From the IMG/VR virus record IMGVR_UViG_3300043449_001017, positions 1-55,495 of that record: a stretch of DNA of 55,495 nt; one strand, written 5' to 3'. The position numbers and the translations under genes are program-made. Under the pieces are notes generated by a model. It saw nothing but the letters and a program-made list of their open reading frames with translations. It was not told the origin of the DNA and did not search any database. Below, in pieces: positions 26,275-34,106 of the stretch (the first letter of the stretch is position 1; each line of letters begins with the position of its first letter). This stretch comes from a virus (lineage: Duplodnaviria > Caudoviricetes).

Positions 26275-26907
26275 TCAGGAGTCCGCGCCGTAGAGCGCTT
26301 CGCTGATGATCGGAAATTCGGCCGAGAAAATGGCCTTGATCGCGTCGGCGATTTCGCGGTGCTCAAGCTGGGTCGCCGGATCGCACCGAACCTCAAGATA
26401 GTGAATCCATGAGCGCAGCGTGCCGTGCATATAGAGCGTGGTCGGCGTGCAGAGCGGCAGGATCCGGCGGGCGGTTTCCTTGGCAATGCCGAGGCCCAGC
26501 ATCTCCTCGTAGAGGTCGTAGGCGTTCTCTAGGTGGTTGCCGAGCACATAGTCCCAGCTCGATTTTGCGACATCAGCAAGATCGTCGATGCTGTTCTGGC
26601 GGTTCTTGGTGTCCTGGCGACGCAAGGCAGGTGGCTTGGGCTTGCCAGTCACGGCATAGCGGGTGCTGAACTCCTGGAAGCTGAAGCTCCGGTGTCGAAG
26701 GATCTGCGCCGCAATGTCCCGCTCGGTATCGATCTGGACGCACATGGATGCCATTTCAAACGGCGACCAGTGCCTGTGCCTGATCAGATAGCGCAGCAGG
26801 CGGGGCCCGGTCTCCTCGTTGTCCTGGTTGGCCGGGTTGCTCACCCGCGCCATCTTGACGATCAGTCGCTCAGCATCCGGGGTGCAGTGGATCAGTTTGA
26901 CTCCCAT
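26275..26907 (-). CDS. thyX: FAD-dependent thymidylate synthase
   Basis: HWSPFE and RHRSFSFQEFSTRY signature. Confidence 0.95.
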   Translation of the reverse strand: MGVKLIHCTPDAERLIVKMARVSNPANQDNEETGPRLLRYLIRHRHWSPFEMASMCVQIDTERDIAAQILRHRSFSFQEFSTRYAVTGKPKPPALRRQDTKNRQNSIDDLADVAKSSWDYVLGNHLENAYDLYEEMLGLGIAKETARRILPLCTPTTLYMHGTLRSWIHYLEVRCDPATQLEHREIADAIKAIFSAEFPIISEALYGADS

Positions 26908-27413
26908 GAGGGCATCACCTGGGGTTGAAGATTGTAATGGCCGACTTCGGCGTAGGAGATGTCCGGGATCCCAGCGGTCAGCATGAAGACCATCTGGCCG
27001 ATCTTGAGCCCGGGCCACAGGCGCAGTGGCCGCAGCTGTCGGGCATTGGTGAGCTCCAGCGTCAGCTTCGACCCGGTCCATTGCGGATCCGCAAAGCCCG
27101 CATGGCTGTGTTCTAGACCTTCGCGAGCGCGACTTGATTTGAGAAAGAAGAACCCTGCCACGTCGTCGGGCATGTTGAACGTCTCAAACGTCTCGGCGAG
27201 GATCCACTGGCCGGGCTTGAGCAGATAGGGATCGTCCTTACTGCAGTCGCTGATGTCGACGCGCACCAGCTCGTCGGCGGTGGCGCTCTCAATCATGATC
27301 TCGCTGCCGAGCAACAGGTCGTAGCTAGCCGGGTTGAGCTGCTCAACATCAAATGGGACGATCATCCGATCTTCTTCGCAGAAGCGGCGGATCTCGCGAT
27401 CGTGGAGGATCAA
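26892..27413 (-). CDS. dcd: dCTP deaminase
   Basis: LNPASYDL, KSSRAREG, AGFADP..G..LTLE and KIGQMVF. Confidence 0.92.
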   Translation of the reverse strand: MILHDREIRRFCEEDRMIVPFDVEQLNPASYDLLLGSEIMIESATADELVRVDISDCSKDDPYLLKPGQWILAETFETFNMPDDVAGFFFLKSSRAREGLEHSHAGFADPQWTGSKLTLELTNARQLRPLRLWPGLKIGQMVFMLTAGIPDISYAEVGHYNLQPQVMPSWESN

Positions 27414-27487
27414 GGCTTGTCCTTATGGGGCTCGGCCAGCCTATTCGCGAGTGGTCGCCCCAGGCCCGCGCTTCACGGACTGAAACA

Positions 27488-28546
27488 TCAGTAGTCCCAG
27501 CGCACGCGCGGCCGGCCGTCGCGGATTCCGAGATGGATGAATCCCTTGGCAGCGCCGTACCCAAGCGAGTAGGGCCAGTTGTCATCGCACCAGTCCTGCA
27601 CGGCGTAGATGTCGACGCCGCTCAGGTAGAAGTCGACGGCCCCGCAGCCGGGCTTGTAGAGGTGCTCGCTGTTGGAGGCGCCACCCACGGCCGCGTTGAC
27701 CGCCGGGGGGCGATGTCCGCTGGTGATCACCACCGGCGCCTTGAAGTGAACCCGAACCTTCTCGAGGAACTGACACAGCTCGGTGGCAATGTCGCACTGG
27801 CCCTGAACCGTGAAGCGGCGACGCTCTTCGCCGTTGCAAAGCTCGCCGTAGGTGACGTGCGGCGTGACCTTGAAGCTGAACGGAGCGCCAGGGGTGAGCT
27901 TGGCAGCGGCAGCCGGCGAGGAGAATCCCTGGCTCCAGAGTTTGCCCTCGGCCTCCCTGCGCCGCTTCAGGCCGGCCTCGACGTTGCTGCCTGGGTTTCG
28001 GTAGAGCAGTAGGGCAGCAGGCACCTGGCCCCAGTCCTTCTCTCGCAGCCGGCGGCTGATCGTCTCGAAATCCTGGGCCCCGTAAAAGCCGCTCCCCAGG
28101 TTGTAGGCGAAGGAGATCAGAGCAGAGCGCTTCTCGTCGCTCATCTCGGTCCAATGCGGCACGCTGGCGGCCAGCTTGGCGGCGATCCGATCCACCTCCA
28201 GCCGCAGGAGCATGTCGGCCTCGATGGCGTTGATCTTGTCGCCGCGCTTGACCGGCCGGCCGTCACCGTAGCGGGTGGTGCCGTAGCCAATCGTCCAGGG
28301 ATCCCCGCCGCTGAGCGGGTCGGGATAAGACTCGAGGTGGCAGCCTTCGAACTCTTTTATGAGCCTTATGGCTGAGGCATAATCGCCCTGCTTGCCACCC
28401 GCCTGCCAGGTTTTATACCAGGCGGCGTCTCGTTCGAGCGCAGCGGGCGCGTGCTTGGCAATGAATTCCTGCAGCTCCGCAATCGCAGCGTCCTGGTGGG
28501 GCAGTTGCTTGTAGAAGCGGAAAAAATCTCGAAGCTGCAGTGTCAT
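27488..28546 (-). CDS. Endolysin: GH24 lysozyme plus M15 peptidase domain
   Basis: FEGC..YPDP..WTIGYG..SFAYNLG..GLKRRREAE, then TSGHR..N..VGGA..SEH...AVDF...FIHL. Confidence 0.9.
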   Translation of the reverse strand: MTLQLRDFFRFYKQLPHQDAAIAELQEFIAKHAPAALERDAAWYKTWQAGGKQGDYASAIRLIKEFEGCHLESYPDPLSGGDPWTIGYGTTRYGDGRPVKRGDKINAIEADMLLRLEVDRIAAKLAASVPHWTEMSDEKRSALISFAYNLGSGFYGAQDFETISRRLREKDWGQVPAALLLYRNPGSNVEAGLKRRREAEGKLWSQGFSSPAAAAKLTPGAPFSFKVTPHVTYGELCNGEERRRFTVQGQCDIATELCQFLEKVRVHFKAPVVITSGHRPPAVNAAVGGASNSEHLYKPGCGAVDFYLSGVDIYAVQDWCDDNWPYSLGYGAAKGFIHLGIRDGRPRVRWDY

Positions 28547-28549
28547 GAC

Positions 28550-28696
28550 TCAGCGGCGGGGGCTGTACGGAAAAGCGCGGCGAGCAGCAGTCAGCACCAG
28601 CTGAAGAACGCTGTTGGAGCGCAGCTTGCTCATGCCGATGATCTCGCTGGCGACAAAAAGCGCGAGGCCGGCGTATTCGATGTAGTGGCCTTCCAT
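28550..28696 (-). CDS. Small holin-like membrane protein (48 aa, not in the ORF track)
   Basis: MEGHYIEYAGLALFVASEIIGMSKLRSNSVLQLVL..., immediately upstream of the endolysin. Confidence 0.6.
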   Translation of the reverse strand: MEGHYIEYAGLALFVASEIIGMSKLRSNSVLQLVLTAARRAFPYSPRR

Positions 28697-28722
28697 GTCC
28701 AACATTGAGGAGTGCTCTCAGG

Positions 28723-28995
28723 TTACCTCTGTCTCTCGATCTGCGTCGGCGCAGGCTGCGGGCGACCTAACGCGATGAGATCGGCAAACCATCCAAGCGC
28801 GGCCGGCAATACCAGGCCTGCCAAGGCGGCAATGATCACCACCTGCGCCATGCGGCTTTCAAGTGTCCCAATCCGCCGAAAGATCTCAGTGCGGTCCTGC
28901 TCCTCCTTTGATCGGCTGAGGATGAGGCTGTCCATCTTGCCCTGCAGGATGCCGAGCTCGCGATAGATCTCGGCGTGCGACACTTCAGCTTCCAT
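28723..28995 (-). CDS. Coiled-coil plus TM lysis-cassette protein
   Basis: Heptad N-terminus, one C-terminal TM segment, lysis context. Confidence 0.65.
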   Translation of the reverse strand: MEAEVSHAEIYRELGILQGKMDSLILSRSKEEQDRTEIFRRIGTLESRMAQVVIIAALAGLVLPAALGWFADLIALGRPQPAPTQIERQR

Positions 28996-29033
28996 GCTGC
29001 TGCCCGTAACCCGCTGATACTAGCCACGCAAAA

Positions 29034-29202
29034 TTGCGCAGACCTTTCGACCTGCGCAACAGCGCAACTTACGCGGTTTTCACGGACTACCTGCCCTGGC
29101 CACGCAATTTCTTGCGACCTCTGCGTTGGGGGCGGCTGCGCTGCCCCTGGCCCTGGCAGGTGGTCTTAGGGGGCCCTGGCGTGTGGCCAGAGCGCCCCAG
29201 GG
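29034..29202 (+). ncRNA. Candidate structured RNA (multi-stem)
   Basis: Stems 29034-41/29052-59, 29085-95/29155-65, 29098-102/29148-52 and 29129-36/29140-47. The wobble pairs are G-U on the + strand. Confidence 0.35.
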
Positions 29203-29210
29203 AGCCGGTT

Positions 29211-29417
29211 TTAGCCTTGACCGCCATCGCCCTCGGTAGCGGGTTCCACGGCCACGTCGGTGCTGATAGTGCAGTTCTCCAGGAAGCCGATCAAACTGGA
29301 GCCTGCGGACTGAACCAGGAGCTGGTTGCCGGTGGCGCGAGCGATGGCGTAGGCCTCGATCAGTTCGGTGAGCTGCTGCTTGGGGTCAGGCATCGATGTC
29401 CTCGTTTGCGGTTTCAT
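29211..29417 (-). CDS. Hypothetical protein
   Basis: Likely starts at MPDPKQQ. Follows the tail-fibre partner gene. Confidence 0.55.
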   Translation of the reverse strand: MKPQTRTSMPDPKQQLTELIEAYAIARATGNQLLVQSAGSSLIGFLENCTISTDVAVEPATEGDGGQG

Positions 29418-29742
29418 TATTGCTCAGGTTGGCCTGCCACGGCAGACCCTGCGCGACGGTCGGCTGGAGTATCTGATCGAGCTCCTTCTGGAGAGATGTC
29501 TCGATCCCAGCCACCCCTTCAGGGGTCAGCTTGTCCTTGACCCAGCCGATGCAAATTTCAGGGCTGAGGTCTTCGTAAGAGATCATGGCGTCCGGATCGG
29601 GCGCCTCAAGCCCCATGGAGCCATAGGCGCTGGTGAGGTTGCTGCCGTCTTCAGCCACGGCCCGCCAGTGGACTGTAGTGACAGTTCCATCTGCGAGCAG
29701 TCGCTCCATGCTGGCGATGGTCCAGGTGAACGTTGTGGTCAT
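29386..29742 (-). CDS. Tail-fibre-associated small protein
   Basis: FTWTI..MER..DG.V..VHW...GLPW pattern, downstream of the fibre gene. Confidence 0.7.
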   Translation of the reverse strand: MTTTFTWTIASMERLLADGTVTTVHWRAVAEDGSNLTSAYGSMGLEAPDPDAMISYEDLSPEICIGWVKDKLTPEGVAGIETSLQKELDQILQPTVAQGLPWQANLSNNETANEDIDA

Positions 29743-29778
29743 TGCAGGTGCTCAGTGTTGAAGGTTTGGAAGCGGCGA

Positions 29779-32700
29779 CTAGCTCAAGCGATAGGTCACG
29801 AAAGTGTTGGCCGCCGTGCGTCGTGAGGCAAAGCGACCGGAGGTGCCAGTGGCAACAGAGCCGGAGCCGACAATGGTGTGAGCGGTACCAGCTAGCACAC
29901 GAACCAGACTGGGGCCTGTGTTGATGACACTCCACTGGAAGGTCAGGTTTGTGTAGATACCGTTGAATCCAGCTTCTGTGAGTGTACCGGTGGGCAGCGT
30001 CATGTCAGTAGCGGCTGCTGACGTGCTGGTGATGATGCCGGTTTTCAGGTTTGCAACCGTAAGGGTTGCGGTGGCGTTGACTGCAGCAGGAGCGGACTGG
30101 TTGTAAGCAACAACGCGATCTGAAGTGACCCGCCAGGCTTCTGAAGGCGTTCCGCTCGCTGGCGGGGTGGTCATGATCTCTATGCGCCCTGGCATCACAC
30201 CAAAGCTGGGGTTGCCATCTACTACTGCTTGGACGCGAGCAGCGGCTACGCGAGAGAATCCATCTCCACCGCTCCAGCTCATCAAACCCAGAATGGTCTC
30301 ACTTGCAACCAGCGCGAATGCGGCGGGGTCGGTTCCGCCGGACCGGGTCATCGCCAGGACGCAAGGCCCTGCCGTAGTAAAGACACCGATACCTTCGTTG
30401 CCCGTGCCCGAGATGATCAGCTTCTGGCTTGTATTCCATCCGTTGATATAAGTGCTCGTCCCCAGTAGCAGCCTGCCGGTGTTGTCGATTCGGGCCGCCT
30501 CCTGACCGCCTTCTACAAACGCCAGTTCATCCGCCGCAGGCCAATAGATTCCGGTGTTGGTGTCGCCGTTTGTTGCCAGTGACGGAGCGGCAAGCGATCC
30601 CGCGCCGACCTGCACCTGTCCGGCGAAGTAGTTGGGCGCCGTGCCCACCATGAAGCAGTTCCAGTTGTTAGCGCCGGAGGCGATGGCGCCGTAGAACCCG
30701 TAATTGTTGGTGGCACCGTCCAGGGTGGAGCTGGCACTGAAGCCGATCTGGTTTGTCAGCGTGGTGCTGGCGCCCAGGGTGCCGGTGGCTGCCTGGTAGT
30801 GAATCAGCGATGAGATGGACTGGCTGCCAACAGTGGACAGGCTGGTGCCAATGCCAACGGCGGTTGCGGTGACATCAGATTGCACCGTGCCGTCGATATA
30901 TTGCGCCCAGGCCGTGGTGCCGCCGGTGACTGCCCTGCTGTTGCGGAAGCCGACGTTTGCGTTTGCGGCGGTGCTGCCCAGGGCCAGGCGCTGTAGGCGC
31001 ACAATGCCGCCACTCACCCCGTCAACAGTGTTCACATACAAGTCAGCCCATGCATTCAGGGCATTGTTGTGCGCAAAGACACCGGCGACGTTGGGGTAAG
31101 TTCCGAGGAAGACGGCGCGATCAACAGTGGAGTTTTTGCTGAGAATCCTTCCGTACCAAGCAGCATTAGCACCGTTGTGTTGATTAACAATGGCCTGGTC
31201 CGCTGCTGCGGAGACTGAAGCGGCGGCGTAGTTGGTGTAGTTGGAGGAGTCCAGAACGGTCCTCCACGATGTCCAGGTGCCGCTGTTTCTGCCGCGTACA
31301 GCAATCTGACCAGTCCGGTAATCGCCATAGATTTGGTGAACCCAAGACGCATTGTAACCTTGCGCGTAAAGAGCGCCGTCTACCTGTCCGAATAAAGAAA
31401 CACCGGTAACGTAAGCATGTCCGTTATTGGTAAGAGAATCCGGGCCGGCGACGGGGGTGTTGAGGTTGGAATTTGTGAAGCCGCTGAGATTAGATGCAGT
31501 GGTTGCCGTTCCAGCATTGCCCGTAACGTTGATACCCCAAGTCCCCGAGGCGCCGCCGCCGGTCAGGGATGGCGAGTAGCTGGTGTAATTGCCGTCTGTA
31601 AGAATTGTCCGCCATGGGTTCCACGCAGCCGCATCATCATTGCGAGTGCGAATCTTGAAGTCATTGCCTCCTGAGTAGGCGCCGACCAGCTGGCAGGAGT
31701 AATCGATATCTCCATTGAGTCCTCCAAATGCAATAAATGGTCCAGGGGGCTCCCCTGATCCGCCATAGGTGAACCCCATTTCAGGGGTGCTAATCGACGA
31801 GTTCAGGGACGTGCCGTCAGTTGTGTTGATCCTTGTGCGACGCTTCAGAATTGCCCGGTTAGACGAGACACCCCCAAGGCTTGCAGCGCTTCCAGTAATA
31901 CTGATCCCCCACGTGCCAGTAGCGCCCGTGCCAGTCGTGGTGGCGTAGGTGTTGGTGTCGAGCGAGTATGCACCGGCGGCAGTCTTGCGGATCAGGCCAC
32001 TTGTGCCCGCCAGGCCAGCGATACCAGTGAGCTCTGCGCTGATCGGCTGGTTGCCCGAGGCCGAGCCCGTCAGGTTGGCGGTGATGGTGCCAGCCGAGAA
32101 GTTGCCAGAGGCGTCACGTGCTACCACCTTGCTGGCGGTGTTCGCACTGGTGGCGTCTACCGCGAAAGTGCGGGCCAGGGCCCCGTCAAACGTGCCGCCA
32201 GAAGTCAGGTATGTCCCAGCCGTCAGTGCTGCGGGGGTGCTGGCCGTGACCGTGATGTTGGCCGAGCCGTTGAAGCTGACCCCGTTGATGGTCCGTGCTG
32301 TGGCCAGGGTGGTGGCCGTCGCCGCGTTCCCAGTGACCGAGATCCCCCAGGTGCCCGTCGCGCCGGTACCGTCCTTGGCCGGGGCGTCGTTGGCGATCTC
32401 GGCCTGCACGAAGGCCGTCGTGGCGAGTTGCGTGGTGTTGGTGCCAACCGCCGCTGTAGGGGCCGCAGGAGTGCCCGTGAAGGTTGGGCTGGCCAGCGGC
32501 GCCCGGCTGGTGTCCGTGGGGTGAACGTGATCACCACGGGCAAACTCGAGCGAAGTCCCAACTGCTGCCGTGCCGTTCATCGGCGGCACCACATCAGCGC
32601 CCTGGCCGATCACGAACGCCGTAGTGGCCAGCTGCGTGGTGTTGGTGTTGACGGCTGCCGTGGGCGCTGTGGGGACACCCGTAAGCGCAGGGCCGGCGAG

Positions 32701-33072
32701 CGGTGCGTAGGCCTGCGCCCGAACGTAGGCCGTGGTCGCAATGGCCGTGCTGTTGTCGTTCGTGGCTGGCGTGGTGCTGGTGCCGCCGCCGTTCAGTGCC
32801 GCCGCGCCTGTGACCGTCAACGCCCCGCCGATGCCGGCCGCCCCGGTGGTGCTCAGCCCCGTCAGCGCATAGGTCGTGGTCAGCTCTGCCCATGCGCTAC
32901 CGCTCCACTTCTTCCAGCGGTTGGCGCTGCTGTCCCACCGAATGGTGCCGGTGACCAGGTTGCTGAGGGTGCCGCTGTCAAACTGCAGCGCCAGGTCTGT
33001 GTCCCGAGCCTTCAGCTCCGAAAGGAAGTCTGTGTAGAGCGACGTGAGGGTGGGGTTGTTCCAGTTGGCCAT
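29779..33072 (-). CDS. Tail fibre protein
   Basis: 1097 aa, A/T/G-rich, with two APLAxPxxTGxPxAPTAA..TNTTQLATTAFV repeats and three GAxGTWGIxxTG repeats. Confidence 0.88.
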   Translation of the reverse strand: MANWNNPTLTSLYTDFLSELKARDTDLALQFDSGTLSNLVTGTIRWDSSANRWKKWSGSAWAELTTTYALTGLSTTGAAGIGGALTVTGAAALNGGGTSTTPATNDNSTAIATTAYVRAQAYAPLAGPALTGVPTAPTAAVNTNTTQLATTAFVIGQGADVVPPMNGTAAVGTSLEFARGDHVHPTDTSRAPLASPTFTGTPAAPTAAVGTNTTQLATTAFVQAEIANDAPAKDGTGATGTWGISVTGNAATATTLATARTINGVSFNGSANITVTASTPAALTAGTYLTSGGTFDGALARTFAVDATSANTASKVVARDASGNFSAGTITANLTGSASGNQPISAELTGIAGLAGTSGLIRKTAAGAYSLDTNTYATTTGTGATGTWGISITGSAASLGGVSSNRAILKRRTRINTTDGTSLNSSISTPEMGFTYGGSGEPPGPFIAFGGLNGDIDYSCQLVGAYSGGNDFKIRTRNDDAAAWNPWRTILTDGNYTSYSPSLTGGGASGTWGINVTGNAGTATTASNLSGFTNSNLNTPVAGPDSLTNNGHAYVTGVSLFGQVDGALYAQGYNASWVHQIYGDYRTGQIAVRGRNSGTWTSWRTVLDSSNYTNYAAASVSAAADQAIVNQHNGANAAWYGRILSKNSTVDRAVFLGTYPNVAGVFAHNNALNAWADLYVNTVDGVSGGIVRLQRLALGSTAANANVGFRNSRAVTGGTTAWAQYIDGTVQSDVTATAVGIGTSLSTVGSQSISSLIHYQAATGTLGASTTLTNQIGFSASSTLDGATNNYGFYGAIASGANNWNCFMVGTAPNYFAGQVQVGAGSLAAPSLATNGDTNTGIYWPAADELAFVEGGQEAARIDNTGRLLLGTSTYINGWNTSQKLIISGTGNEGIGVFTTAGPCVLAMTRSGGTDPAAFALVASETILGLMSWSGGDGFSRVAAARVQAVVDGNPSFGVMPGRIEIMTTPPASGTPSEAWRVTSDRVVAYNQSAPAAVNATATLTVANLKTGIITSTSAAATDMTLPTGTLTEAGFNGIYTNLTFQWSVINTGPSLVRVLAGTAHTIVGSGSVATGTSGRFASRRTAANTFVTYRLS

Positions 33073-34106
33073 CAGACTCCTCGGGCACTCCAGCTAAAGG
33101 CCCCGCTCACCCGGTTGCCACTGGTGTCAAACAGCAGAACCTTGAAGCTGACGGGGTTCGGGGCATCCACAAAATCATAGATGGCAATTCTGGGCGTCGT
33201 CCCGGAAGGTGTCACGCTGATTGCCTCCACGTCAACGAAAGCAACATTGAAGTTCACGGTGGTTCCGCCACTGTCCGCAGAGTTCGCGGTGCCTGTGCCG
33301 AAGTCATTGCGCAGCTTGGAATCGAGCCGATAGTTCAGTTCGGTCAGGCGCATCAGGTCGTCGCCGCCCGCGCTGCTGAAGTCATAGCGGAACTTGATGT
33401 AGCGGAAGTCGCTCGCATAGACCTGATTCACGCCGTTGTAGTCGGTCCAGGGGTCTGTGGTCAGCTTGCGCACGCTGATCTTGGGGGTGACCGAGAACGA
33501 ACCGGCTATCACCGTGCTGGTGAGCGTCTCCGTCACCTTGCTGGATGCGACCACGCTGCCATAGTCCACGATCTCCTCGTAGTAGGCCGAGGTAGTGGAT
33601 GGCATGATCCAGTAGCTGTAGCCGGCTGTGATCTGGTCCTGCGGGCTGTTCCAGCTGCGGGTGGTGAAATGATCCTGGTAGGTCTCGGTGAGGTTCAGGC
33701 CCAACAGCAGCGTCCCGCTGTCCAGCAGCGCGTTGTTCTTCGTGCCGCTCCAGGTTGAGTTCTGGTTGAGCTTTAGCTGGTAGTCCGGCGGCTGATTGAC
33801 TATCGCCGACACGCTCCCTGGGGTGCCGTAGTTCCCTGCACTGTCGATGGCTGCCAGCCAGTAGGTATACGTCCCGCCGGCCGTCTCGAAAACTGAGGTG
33901 AAACGGCCAGACTTGGTGCCAATCAGGGTGGCGCTTGCCCATGCCGCTCCGCGCCGGAGTTCATATGAATCAACGGGCAAAGTTGTCGTGCAGTCGTTCC
34001 ACTGGAGTAGGACGTTGTTATCAACAACCTGCTGCGCGATTGTTGGCTGAGACGGTGCCGAGACCGTGATGTCAACCGCTGTTTCTTGGCCGAGTCCGTC
34101 GCTCAT
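33072..34106 (-). CDS. Tail tip protein, C-terminal continuation of J-like protein
   Basis: Begins with the same FN3-like repeat (YELRRG..W...YWLAAIDSAGNYG) found at the end of J. Confidence 0.75.
   Translation of the reverse strand: MSDGLGQETAVDITVSAPSQPTIAQQVVDNNVLLQWNDCTTTLPVDSYELRRGAAWASATLIGTKSGRFTSVFETAGGTYTYWLAAIDSAGNYGTPGSVSAIVNQPPDYQLKLNQNSTWSGTKNNALLDSGTLLLGLNLTETYQDHFTTRSWNSPQDQITAGYSYWIMPSTTSAYYEEIVDYGSVVASSKVTETLTSTVIAGSFSVTPKISVRKLTTDPWTDYNGVNQVYASDFRYIKFRYDFSSAGGDDLMRLTELNYRLDSKLRNDFGTGTANSADSGGTTVNFNVAFVDVEAISVTPSGTTPRIAIYDFVDAPNPVSFKVLLFDTSGNRVSGAFSWSARGV

Noticed and set aside
24214-26412. 732-aa + strand ORF
   Set aside because: Antisense shadow of nrdJ in GC-rich DNA, with no recognisable motifs.
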